Part shown: piece after piece, positions 5,856 to 14,343 of the stretch
How positions within the stretch are numbered: the stretch's first letter is position 1
Layout of the letters: each line of letters begins with the position of its first letter
DNA from: a virus
Length of the DNA stretch: 19,842 nt
Strand: one strand, 5' to 3'
Virus record (IMG/VR): IMGVR_UViG_3300045988_179637
Coordinates: 1-19,842 of that record
The notes under the pieces: generated by a model
Databases searched by the model: none
Told to the model about the DNA's origin: nothing
What the model saw: the letters and a program-made list of their open reading frames with translations, nothing else
Program-made: the position numbers and the translations under genes

Positions 5856-7571
5856 TCAGATTGCGTTCCCTTGCGTGTCCTTCCAGCCCTCGAGGGTGAA
5901 GATGCACAGTTTGTTCTTGCCGGTGTGCCAATACATGGCACCCATCATGGATTTCGCAGCATCCCCGAAGGAAGGGAGGGTGTCGCCGTAGCCGGTGACG
6001 ACGGCCCCGTTCAACGGGGACGCGATGTGCTGGCCGGCGTGGAACACCTGCTGGCCGCCACGATCCTGGTTCACCCTGTACGGGAACGTCGCAACGGTGG
6101 TTCCGGGCTTCCTTGGGCGCATGTACCGGTAGGCGCCGGTGGACATGTTCGTGTTCGAATCGCCGAGAGCGATGACCTGCAACGCGCCCGGGTTGGTTTC
6201 ATTCGTGTCGATGATGAAACCGGCGTCCTCGTTCGGAGAACCTCCCTTGTAGAAGTTGCCGATGAGGTTGAGGTTCTCGCCGGAGCCTTGCTGGGAGGCG
6301 TCCCAGATGGCGCGGTGGTTGGGAAGGTAGATCTGGCAGCCGATGGCGGTGGCGGAGGCGCCGCCGCCACGGAAGTGCAACAGCCTGCGGCTCTCGGCCT
6401 GGATCTGCTTGTCGCTCTCGAAGTAGGTCCCGAAGATGCTGACCTGGCAGTTCGTGTTCAGTTCGATCGCGGTCTGATACGCCTCGATGGCGCCACCGTT
6501 GATGCGGCACATGGTGCCCTCCCTGAGGATGACACCCATTTTCCCGTTCTTGTCGCCACGGTCGGCCATGATGTGAGGCTCCGTCACGGCGAGGTTGTAG
6601 CAGTAGTTCGCGTCGACTGCGATCGTGTTCCACCACCACTTGCAGCGATCCAGTTGGGTGTACCAGTTTTGTTCCAGGTACACCGCTTTGTCCCATTTCA
6701 GGAAGTAGCAATCCCTGATGGTTGCGTAGTTCTTGATGTGCAACCCGATGCAGCCGAGGCGTTCGAAACCCGGGCCTTCGAGGCGCATGCGTTCCATGAC
6801 GTTGCCGTACTTCAAGACGATGCCCTTGGATTCTCGCATGTCGAACACAAGGGAGGAGTCGGGTTCGTTGTCGCCCCACTGCCCGGAGGTTCCGGCAATG
6901 TACTGGTCCTCGAGGAACTCCAAGGAACCAGTGACCCGGTACACACCCTTGGGGAAGTACACATGGCCACCCTTCCCGGCAGCAGCGATCGCTTTCCGGA
7001 TGGCAGCGGTGTCGTCGGTTGTTCCGTCGCCGGTGGCTCCGTGGTCCTTGACGACCTCGTAGTGGCGGTTGGCCTTCTTGGCTGCGAATTCCCGCACTTC
7101 CTTGACCTCCCGGTCGACCTTGGCGGTCAGTTCGGTGCGGGCGGTGCCGACGAGCTGCTCGAGGGAGGCACGGGCCTGCGCGACCTGGTTGGTGAGGTCG
7201 GTGCGGAATTGCTGAATCGTGGCGTCGGTGTCGCTCTTGTATTTCCCGAACACCTTGTCGAACTGCGCCGTCGTGTACGTCAACAACTCTTCGCCATTCA
7301 TCATGGCGAAGTGAATGATTCCGTTCTCGTCGTCGTGAACGGTGTGATGCACGAACTTGGCGATGAACTCGTTGATCTTGTTCGTCGAATCCGTGACGAA
7401 CTTCTCGATCGCCTTGTCCTGAATGCCGTGCGCATTCACCAACTCGTTAACCTTGTCCTTGATCTGCGCAAGCACATCGAGGAATGTGTACGCATCGGAG
7501 TGGGTGAATGCGACAACGGAGTTGATCGGACCGATCGGGCCGATTGGTGCAATGTAGGGGGCTATGGGCAT
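5856..7571 (-). CDS. Pre-neck appendage / tailspike-like protein (phi29 gp12-like) with a right-handed beta-helix (pectate-lyase fold) depolymerase domain
   Basis: VKDHGATGDGTTDDTAAIRKAIAAAGKGGHVYFPKG matches the N-terminal cap of pectate_lyase_3 / phi29 gp12. Gene order follows connector then lower collar. TGATG overlap with the lower-collar gene. Confidence 0.8.
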   Translation of the reverse strand: MPIAPYIAPIGPIGPINSVVAFTHSDAYTFLDVLAQIKDKVNELVNAHGIQDKAIEKFVTDSTNKINEFIAKFVHHTVHDDENGIIHFAMMNGEELLTYTTAQFDKVFGKYKSDTDATIQQFRTDLTNQVAQARASLEQLVGTARTELTAKVDREVKEVREFAAKKANRHYEVVKDHGATGDGTTDDTAAIRKAIAAAGKGGHVYFPKGVYRVTGSLEFLEDQYIAGTSGQWGDNEPDSSLVFDMRESKGIVLKYGNVMERMRLEGPGFERLGCIGLHIKNYATIRDCYFLKWDKAVYLEQNWYTQLDRCKWWWNTIAVDANYCYNLAVTEPHIMADRGDKNGKMGVILREGTMCRINGGAIEAYQTAIELNTNCQVSIFGTYFESDKQIQAESRRLLHFRGGGASATAIGCQIYLPNHRAIWDASQQGSGENLNLIGNFYKGGSPNEDAGFIIDTNETNPGALQVIALGDSNTNMSTGAYRYMRPRKPGTTVATFPYRVNQDRGGQQVFHAGQHIASPLNGAVVTGYGDTLPSFGDAAKSMMGAMYWHTGKNKLCIFTLEGWKDTQGNAI

Positions 7572-8278
7572 CAGAATCTACCTCCGTACATGAAGCCCGG
7601 GAAGAAAGGTGGCATGATCCATGGTATCGGCTCGGGAACGATCCGCTGACCCGAACTCCACACATTCATGAACAAGTCCGAGAGATTGTTGAGCACGTGC
7701 CCGTCAACATTGATGTAAGAGGACAGGTATTCACCCATCAGCCGGGTGACCGATCCCTGACGGCCCGAGGAGTCGTTGAGGGCGTCGTTGATGGTCTCGG
7801 CAGTGGAACGGCCGCTGCTGGTGCCGGTTCCGTCACTGCTGGACGACGAGCGACCGCCAGATGTTGCGTAGTCCCCGTCGCTCTTGAGCATCTGCTGTGG
7901 AAACTGGCTGGACAGTGATCCGGACTTCGTCAATGACGTGTTAGTCGACTCCCCAGACTCCGTGCTGGACGACTTCGTCGTACCCTTGTTGACCGACTTG
8001 ATCTCGTACGTCGACAGAATGTCGCCGACGTTGGCGATCGCAAGATAGGCCTGGTTGAACATTGGCATGTCCCGGTATAGGCGTCGGCGGAGTTCGAAGA
8101 AGAACAGCTCGTACGTTTCCTGGCCAACCTCGCGCAGCCAGTAGTGTTCGAGAATGATGCGATTCAGCCGGGGCCGGTAGGCCTCGGAGAAAATCGGATA
8201 CGAATCCAACCCAGTATCGAGATTCAAGCGCTTCGCATACTCGATTCCCTGCCGGAGTTCCCCGGTGTAATCAGACAT
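7571..8278 (-). CDS. Putative lower collar protein (gp11 position) with a long Ser/Thr/Gly-rich low-complexity segment
   Basis: Located between the connector and appendage genes as in phi29 and overlaps the connector gene by 8 nt. Assignment is by synteny only. Confidence 0.5.
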   Translation of the reverse strand: MSDYTGELRQGIEYAKRLNLDTGLDSYPIFSEAYRPRLNRIILEHYWLREVGQETYELFFFELRRRLYRDMPMFNQAYLAIANVGDILSTYEIKSVNKGTTKSSSTESGESTNTSLTKSGSLSSQFPQQMLKSDGDYATSGGRSSSSSDGTGTSSGRSTAETINDALNDSSGRQGSVTRLMGEYLSSYINVDGHVLNNLSDLFMNVWSSGQRIVPEPIPWIMPPFFPGFMYGGRF

Positions 8279-9197
8279 TCAATCCAGCCTTCCCATTCTC
8301 CCGTGCGTTCGTTTCGGCCTTGTACGTCAAGTCTGGGATGACGTTCTCGTCGAACGCCCACTTCACCGACACATCCAAACCGAACTTGCGGTTCATCTCC
8401 TCAACTGCCTGCTGCCTCGGCTTGTTGAACGAATTCCGGGCCGCAATGACTTGCCCATCCCTCGAGGACGCCTCGTCAGCCACGAGACGCTCCTTCTTGG
8501 TCTCATCCACACTGGTGATACCCATGAACGTCAACGCCTCCCGCCACAGGTGCTGCCATTCCTTGCGGGTCTGCTCAAGATAGGCGGGCTGGATCTGCAT
8601 ATCGAGAGTGCTGATCACCTGATCGTAATTCAGCTCCGGGTAGCCGAAGATCACCGGAGCACCTTGATCCCAATCCCTCAGCAGGTTCGCGTAGGTCTGT
8701 TTCTGCCCTTCCGGGCAGGTGATGATTTTCGTCACCCTCAGGTTCTTCGTGAGGATCTCGAGTGTGGTGGTGACGTCGCCGAGCCGGGCTGCGAAGTCGA
8801 GCATCTGGTCGGCGATCCCGCGCCGTGAGTTGGTGCCCCACACGGCCACACACTCTTCCTTGGGGAGTTGCAGCGACACGTACGGTGGCGGCGCGTAGGT
8901 CGTGTACGAAGTTGCGTTGCCGTACAGGTCGAGAGGGCCGGAGGGGGAGGCTGCGGCCATCACCCAGTCGTCGTATCGGCCGTCCCAGTACAGCACAACC
9001 AGGCCGCCGTAGTACAGCTGCTTCTCAACAAACCGGACATCAATGGATTCGGGTAGGCCTTCCCATTCGAAACGGGCCATGCACCATTCCGACAGCTTGT
9101 CGTAATAGCCTGCGGTGCGCATGTTCCCGAGACCGATGTGATTCCGCGGTATGAACCGGGACATCACTTCATGGGGGTTGTACTGATTCCTGCTCAT
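8271..9197 (-). CDS. Head-tail connector (portal), phi29 gp10 homolog, 309 aa
   Basis: FEWEGLPESIDVRFVEKQLYYGGLV, GAPVIFGYPE, WREALTFMGITSVDETKKERLVADEASSRDGQV and FGLDVSVKW align with phi29 gp10 (FEWENLPPTINPSFLEK..., [52 protein letters not shown]). The length equals phi29 gp10. The start at ATG 9197 forms an ATGA overlap with the tail-knob stop. The N-terminal extension to 9413 is rejected. Confidence 0.9.
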   Translation of the reverse strand: MSRNQYNPHEVMSRFIPRNHIGLGNMRTAGYYDKLSEWCMARFEWEGLPESIDVRFVEKQLYYGGLVVLYWDGRYDDWVMAAASPSGPLDLYGNATSYTTYAPPPYVSLQLPKEECVAVWGTNSRRGIADQMLDFAARLGDVTTTLEILTKNLRVTKIITCPEGQKQTYANLLRDWDQGAPVIFGYPELNYDQVISTLDMQIQPAYLEQTRKEWQHLWREALTFMGITSVDETKKERLVADEASSRDGQVIAARNSFNKPRQQAVEEMNRKFGLDVSVKWAFDENVIPDLTYKAETNARENGKAGLNV

Positions 9198-11386
9198 AGC
9201 ACAACCGTACCCCATCGGTTTCCCGTGGGGGCATTGTCCGCGATGTCGAGGTGAATGATGTGGTCGGGATTCCGCCACACGGTCACACCGCGCAGGAACA
9301 TGCCCTTGATAGTGGACTTGTACAGCTCTGGCATGAATGCGGTGTCCATGGTCACGTCCGCCATTTTCCAATAGCAGAAGTTGCTCATGGGCAGCAGCTC
9401 CGATGCATTCCAATACCGGTTTAGCGCATAGCCGTATCGCAGCCAGTACTCGCCGAGCCGTTCAACAGCGACCTGGTCGACGGTCTTCACCCGCACATTG
9501 ACCGTGTATCCCTGCTCATTGATCAAAGCGGAGAAGTTCCCTCCGAGCTGGCCGGACACGGAGGGTTGCAGCATCTTCGCGTCCTGAACCTTTGCGTTGA
9601 TGCCCGCGATCGCCATGCGTGCGTCGCCGGCAGCGGTCGCCTTGGCCAGGGAAAGATTGCTGTTCGCAATCCCACGAGAAAGGTTGTTGGAGATGCGGGT
9701 GCGGCCGGCGAGTTCGTCGTTGGCGATGGCGTTACGCCCGTTTATGGATATGTTGTTGATCTGATGATCCATCCAGGCATTCCCGACACCCATGAGGCCG
9801 TTGATGGCACCCCCGAGAAGGTTTCCGGAGGCCATCTGTGACAAGCCTCCGACACCACTGTTGATTCCCTGCTGCATGGACTTCAACCAGTTCAGCTCCC
9901 GCCCCAACGATGCGTTTCGGTTAGTGATGTCACGGCCGAGATCCGCGTTCTGCTGGGAGGCGTCAATGCCCATCATTGCCTGTTGGAATGCGGTGTTGGC
10001 GCCCATCATGGCCCGCTGCTGCGCCCAGTTGACGCTGTCATTCTGGAACGCCAACTGGTTCTTGTTACTAGCGAGGTAGTCGAGATATGAGTTGTTGGTG
10101 ATCGGCAGCTGAGGGTATTCCGTGATCACCGTGCATGCGTCCAGGTACGCCCCACCCCACGGGTCCTGCCGGAACCTGCGGCCGTAATTCAATGGGTAGA
10201 TAACGGTGCGCGGATTCGGGGGGATGATGCAGGCGGAGATCTGCAATTCAAGCCTGTTGCCGGAGAACAACTCGGGTTTCAGGATCACCGGTGAACCGGT
10301 GTATGTGGTGAGTTCGAACGCCGAATACGGATGTGTTGCGAACTTGACAAGGTGCTGATATCTGGCGGGAATGCGGGCCATCATGGTTGTGGTGATGTCC
10401 GGCGTCACTTCCTGCCGATAGGTGAAGGAACCGGTGACGAGCTTCCGCGTGGCGGCATCCCGGCCCAGGAAGGATTCCCCACCACCGAAGCTCTCGGGCA
10501 GCAGGGGCACGATGAAGCACGCCATGATGGAGCGTGACGCCCAGGGGGCGTTCTTCAGGGAATCCATGACGGTTACGAAGTGATCCGCGCTCGTAAACCA
10601 CAGGTCGGCGCCGACGGACACCGACACGCGACGGTACTGGTTGACCGTGCCCTCACCGTTCTGTTTCCGCTCGGTGGAGTGCAGATCGATGTTGGAACCT
10701 TTGGACGTGTTCAGAACAGGATTCTGGGTGGTGCCGGGATCGGTGGTGAGATCGGCCGAGGCGAAGAAAACGATGCTGTACGCGCCGTCGCCACGCGACT
10801 GGGGGTGCCGGATGCGGTGGCGCAGATAACCGGTTTCGATCATGTCGGCGCCACAGTCCAGGCCTTCGGGAACGAGGAGGTTCTTCAACCCGGTTTCGGT
10901 GCCGGCACCGGCGACCAGGAATGACAGATGACCGCGCTCGACGTAGCAGCGACCGAGAGTGACTTCCCACTGGAAACTGGACCACACATCCAGCTGAAGG
11001 TGGAATGCCGTGGTCTGCGGGGCAATGTGCTCCACCCCCTTGACAAAATAGTAGAAGGTGAGCGGCCCATCATTGTGGGTCTCCTTGTTCGTCACCCTCA
11101 TGAAGTTGTAGCCGTACGCCGACGACAGTGGAATGTCGAGGAGGACGTCCTGTTCGGGGCGGGCGTAGGAGAGTTCATTGAACTTGATGCGGGGTCCGGG
11201 GGAGGTTTCGAGGTACTTGTCCAGAGCTGCTCTGGATTCGAACTTGACAACGTTGTTGTATTCGGAATCCCATGGCACGTTGCACAACGTGACTTCGGTG
11301 CCGGGTCCCCAGATGTCGTAATTGAACACCGAACCCGCCGGCAGGACGGGACCGGCGGGTTCGATGTCGAAAGGTGTGGCTGTCAC
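9194..11386 (-). CDS. Tail knob / distal tube protein, phi29 gp9 homolog, with an expanded Q/N/G-rich loop; GTG start
   Basis: N-terminal VTLCNVPWDSEYNNVVKFES aligns with phi29 gp9 [21 protein letters not shown]. C-terminal YGYALNRYW...GVTVWRNPD aligns with YGYKINRVK...GITLWHTDN. An in-frame stop sits 9 nt upstream of the GTG. Confidence 0.85.
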   Translation of the reverse strand: MTATPFDIEPAGPVLPAGSVFNYDIWGPGTEVTLCNVPWDSEYNNVVKFESRAALDKYLETSPGPRIKFNELSYARPEQDVLLDIPLSSAYGYNFMRVTNKETHNDGPLTFYYFVKGVEHIAPQTTAFHLQLDVWSSFQWEVTLGRCYVERGHLSFLVAGAGTETGLKNLLVPEGLDCGADMIETGYLRHRIRHPQSRGDGAYSIVFFASADLTTDPGTTQNPVLNTSKGSNIDLHSTERKQNGEGTVNQYRRVSVSVGADLWFTSADHFVTVMDSLKNAPWASRSIMACFIVPLLPESFGGGESFLGRDAATRKLVTGSFTYRQEVTPDITTTMMARIPARYQHLVKFATHPYSAFELTTYTGSPVILKPELFSGNRLELQISACIIPPNPRTVIYPLNYGRRFRQDPWGGAYLDACTVITEYPQLPITNNSYLDYLASNKNQLAFQNDSVNWAQQRAMMGANTAFQQAMMGIDASQQNADLGRDITNRNASLGRELNWLKSMQQGINSGVGGLSQMASGNLLGGAINGLMGVGNAWMDHQINNISINGRNAIANDELAGRTRISNNLSRGIANSNLSLAKATAAGDARMAIAGINAKVQDAKMLQPSVSGQLGGNFSALINEQGYTVNVRVKTVDQVAVERLGEYWLRYGYALNRYWNASELLPMSNFCYWKMADVTMDTAFMPELYKSTIKGMFLRGVTVWRNPDHIIHLDIADNAPTGNRWGTVVL

Positions 11387-11402
11387 ACCAATTCAGTATA
11401 GC

Positions 11403-11639
11403 CTACTCGGCATGTTTCGGTGAGGGTTTCGCAATGTCATACACGCCCGCGGCGGCGAGACCAACGATGAGCCCTTCGGACAGGGCCTTCACCCAGGCGA
11501 CATCGGCGTGCTGCGCGGCGAACACGGCGAGCACACCGACGACGAGCGACACGACAGGGGCGGCCGCGGCGGGAAGCCCGGCCTTCTTGAGCAGGTTGAC
11601 GAGTGCCAGCACGGCCGGCACGGTCGCGATCTCAATCAT
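11403..11639 (-). CDS. Putative holin (78 aa, 2-3 predicted transmembrane helices)
   Basis: MIEIATVPAVLALVNLL...VVSLVVGVLAVFAA...LIVGLAAAGVY is hydrophobic with a charged C-terminus. GGAAGGAAA ribosome-binding site. ATGATTGA overlap with the upstream gene. The TTG-start extension to 11714 is rejected. Confidence 0.55.
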   Translation of the reverse strand: MIEIATVPAVLALVNLLKKAGLPAAAAPVVSLVVGVLAVFAAQHADVAWVKALSEGLIVGLAAAGVYDIAKPSPKHAE

Positions 11640-11871
11640 TGGTTTCCTTCCAGAGTTCTTCGAGTTTCGGCGGCTCCGGTGAATCCGGGCGCCGGTACCT
11701 GTAGTACAGGTCAACGAGTTGACGGTACACCATCCACAGTGAGTTGATGCGGCGATTTTCCCGCTCGAGCTGGTTTTCGAGCCGGGTCACACGCTGCCAC
11801 GTGTGACCCAGCACGACCGCAACGCCACCCAGCACCCCGACGGTGAGGGTGACGTCCAGCAGTGGGGGCAT
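11632..11871 (-). CDS. Small membrane protein (N-terminal transmembrane helix plus coiled coil); lysis-associated (second holin, antiholin or spanin-like)
   Basis: LLDVTLTVGVLGGVAVVLG transmembrane segment, then a charged helical tail. Lies between the peptidase and the holin. Confidence 0.4.
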   Translation of the reverse strand: MPPLLDVTLTVGVLGGVAVVLGHTWQRVTRLENQLERENRRINSLWMVYRQLVDLYYRYRRPDSPEPPKLEELWKETND

Positions 11872-11872
11872 G

Positions 11873-12532
11873 TCAGTTCTTCCCGCTCACAGCCGCGATG
11901 AGCTGTCTCAACAGCTCATTGGTCTTCTCCAACTCGGTTGCCACCATGCCGGTGCGCGACGCGGTGAGCGAGATCATCTCGTTGTTGTTGAGTTCGCTGT
12001 GAAGCTCGCGACGGAATTCCTCGGCAAGCATCTCTTCTCCTTCCACAGCCCCTCCGAGTGGGCTGTCATCGACGAGGTGGAGGGCCTGGTCGCCTCCACC
12101 GAAGTAGGCGTGCACGTGGTCACGGTGCGCCTCGGACACGCCACCCGTGTAGAGCCACTTCCACGTACCACGATCGGGATTCCACGATCGGGCGATTCCC
12201 TCATTGTAGATGTCGAAGATGATCCACCTGAGGTTGATGTGACGGGCGTTGACCTGGAACCAGCGCACCAACTTGAGTGCGTTGTCGCGTTCCTGCGGGG
12301 TGGGCAGCACACCCACCTTGCGGGAAATGATGAAGTCCTGGGCGTTGCCGGAGGAGTGCTCGTGGTTGAGGTCCACGAGTTTCCAGTTGCGCCGCACCCA
12401 GTTGGGTTCACCTTTCCCCTGCCCCAGCCAGATGCCTGCTGGAAGGCGAGGGAAGAGGTGCTCATCAACACGACGCACATTCATGTTGACAGCACCCACC
12501 CCGTTCGGCAGTTGAATGCTCACTTGGGCCAC
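11873..12532 (-). CDS. Putative endolysin: LAS-type zinc metallopeptidase (peptidase M15 / VanY-like)
   Basis: NHEHSSGNAQD fits the M15 motif HxxGxAxD, and DHVH fits the downstream HxH zinc ligands. Adjacent to two small membrane proteins. Confidence 0.5.
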   Translation of the reverse strand: MAQVSIQLPNGVGAVNMNVRRVDEHLFPRLPAGIWLGQGKGEPNWVRRNWKLVDLNHEHSSGNAQDFIISRKVGVLPTPQERDNALKLVRWFQVNARHINLRWIIFDIYNEGIARSWNPDRGTWKWLYTGGVSEAHRDHVHAYFGGGDQALHLVDDSPLGGAVEGEEMLAEEFRRELHSELNNNEMISLTASRTGMVATELEKTNELLRQLIAAVSGKN

Positions 12533-13905
12533 TTCACCTTGCCGGCATCGCTATCGACGGCAACGTCGGTGGAGAAGGTGACCTTCGGATCCGACGCCGC
12601 CTTGGCGGTCACCGCCAGTTTCGCCGCTTCCTCCTCGGCACCGATGAACAGCACCCCGTCCTGTGTGACGACGGTGCGCGGATCGGTGTTGCCGGCAACA
12701 CTCCAGAGGATGCCATGCTGGTCGAACTCGGAACCGCCGGTGCGGGTCATGGTGGCGTTCAGCAAGTACAAGAACCCGGGCGCCACCTTCTCAACCGTCT
12801 TCTCGGCAATGTCGGTGACACCGATGGCGGTGATCTTGGTGATCTTGCCGTGATCGACGGTTGCGGTGGTGACCTCTTCACTCGTGAAGAGCACCGCATT
12901 GGCGAACAGACTGGCGCCGATGATCTCGTGGTGATGGAGCCAGAAATTCTCGTACAACCCCATGGGGTTCGCGAACGACCTGTTCTCATACAACACGTCC
13001 CCGCAGACGAAGAACTTTTTGTCCACGAGAATTGCCTGCATCTTCGGAATACCGATGTACTCCGCGGGCACCTTGATGATGCGATAGTCGATACGACCCT
13101 TCTCCATGTTGAACATGGCAGCGAGTGCATCAACGTCAATGGTTGCAGCAGCCTCGGGAGTGACGAACAGGATCATGTCCTCCGTGTTGGACCAGGTGGG
13201 CAGCTTCAACGGATTGTACTTCTCCGACAGGTACACGAGCTTGTCAGCAGTGGTACGGATGGCCTTGATCAGTTTCTTGGCCTCGGCCTCACCAGCCGTC
13301 GCGGCGGTGACATCGGGAACCTGGATCTTCGTGAACCCGCCATTGGCGTAATGCTCACGCAACAAGGAGGCCATGAGCAGAAACTCGTCCCAGTTGTCAG
13401 AGGTGACGGGAGCCTGCATGATCTGGGCGACGAGATCGCCGAGGCCACCACTGGAGAGCATGGCGCGCCGCATCATGGCCTCGGAAATGGAAATCTGGTA
13501 CATGTCCTCCCGGTTGGTGTGGTAGAACGTGGATTCGATCCGCGGCAGACGGCGCCGGAAGATCTCGGTGCCGTATTCCCTGTTGTTGTACCAGTGCTCG
13601 GCCTCGATGAGACCAACGTAGATGTCCTCGATCTTGCCGCCGTAGTCAAGCACGGCACGCTTGAACTCGGAAAGCTTGTTCGTCCAGGGACGGGCGCCGT
13701 CGATGTAGATGGTGGACACGACATTCACCAGGTTGGTGACAAACTCGTTCCGGATCAGAGGGTCGCGGAGAATGTTCTTGCCGAGTTCGACGAAGTTCGA
13801 CTGGGTCGCTTCGGGAATGCGGCGCTGGAAGTCGAACGAGCCGTTGGCGCGGAGGGTGTTTATGATCTGGGCGTTGGTTGCGCCCTGATACTTCGGTGCG
13901 GGCAT
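12520..13905 (-). CDS. Major capsid protein, phi29 gp8 homolog
   Basis: ALAAMFNMEKGRIDY, QAILVDKKFF, ANPMGLYENFW and ASLFANAVLFTS align with phi29 gp8 VLAKAFNMNRTDF, EAVLVDKDWF, RNPRGLYWNYY and SRFANAVAFVS. Preceded by a small acidic gene. Confidence 0.9.
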   Translation of the reverse strand: MPAPKYQGATNAQIINTLRANGSFDFQRRIPEATQSNFVELGKNILRDPLIRNEFVTNLVNVVSTIYIDGARPWTNKLSEFKRAVLDYGGKIEDIYVGLIEAEHWYNNREYGTEIFRRRLPRIESTFYHTNREDMYQISISEAMMRRAMLSSGGLGDLVAQIMQAPVTSDNWDEFLLMASLLREHYANGGFTKIQVPDVTAATAGEAEAKKLIKAIRTTADKLVYLSEKYNPLKLPTWSNTEDMILFVTPEAAATIDVDALAAMFNMEKGRIDYRIIKVPAEYIGIPKMQAILVDKKFFVCGDVLYENRSFANPMGLYENFWLHHHEIIGASLFANAVLFTSEEVTTATVDHGKITKITAIGVTDIAEKTVEKVAPGFLYLLNATMTRTGGSEFDQHGILWSVAGNTDPRTVVTQDGVLFIGAEEEAAKLAVTAKAASDPKVTFSTDVAVDSDAGKVKWPK

Positions 13906-13917
13906 GAGTTTCCTTTC

Positions 13918-14196
13918 TCAGTGTGCGGTTTCTCGAGGGAACATTGTTTCCCGCAAGTGTTCCCAGGACCAGTCTTCCGGTTCCTCGGTTGTGGGGGTGC
14001 CGACCTGCCTGGTCAGGGTGTGGCGCAGGTCCGTGTACTTCTTGTCCAGTGCGTCGATGCGCTGGTGGAAGTCGCTCATCATCTGTTCCGCGATCTCCTT
14101 GAATCGCTCGCCAAGATCCTGAACCGGCTCGTTCGACACTTCAACGGGCTGCTGTTCGTAAACTTCTTCCGCCCCGGAGTTGTCGGTGTTTTCCAT
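13918..14196 (-). CDS. Putative scaffolding protein (92 aa, highly acidic, helical)
   Basis: Sits immediately upstream of the capsid gene, like phi29 gp7 (98 aa). Strong AAAGGAG ribosome-binding site. Assignment by position and composition only. Confidence 0.45.
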   Translation of the reverse strand: MENTDNSGAEEVYEQQPVEVSNEPVQDLGERFKEIAEQMMSDFHQRIDALDKKYTDLRHTLTRQVGTPTTEEPEDWSWEHLRETMFPRETAH

Positions 14197-14343
14197 GTGT
14201 CTGCTCCTTTCGATTGAGTGACGGTCGGCCGGTGGGACACCACTCCCTGACTGCCGGGCCCTTTCACGGGTGGTTCCGGTTCAGCCGTCTCCGACCGCCG
14301 CCACAAATGGCTTCACGACCTCCTGGGCCGCTGCCATGACCCA

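Noticed and set aside
4496-5941. 481-aa extended version of the gp13-like ORF
   Set aside because: The first 29 aa overlap the end of the gp12-like gene by 86 nt. The ATG at 5854 sits directly after the upstream stop.
5793-7649. 618-aa ORF on the + strand
   Set aside because: It is antisense to the clearly homologous gp12-like gene. Its Gly/Val/Asp/Ala-rich composition is typical of spurious antisense ORFs in GC-rich DNA.
8271-9413. 380-aa extended version of the connector ORF
   Set aside because: The N-terminal 72 aa (His/Arg/Gly-rich) overlap the tail-knob gene. A start at ATG 9197 gives 309 aa, the same length as phi29 gp10, with an ATGA overlap.
11403-11714. 103-aa TTG-start version of the holin ORF
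   Set aside because: The N-terminal 25 aa (MTCTTGTGARIHRSRRNS...) overlap the upstream gene out of frame. ATG 11639 has a strong ribosome-binding site.
12715-14217. 500-aa ORF on the + strand
   Set aside because: It is antisense to the capsid and scaffold genes, which have clear phi29 homology. It is a high-GC artefact.
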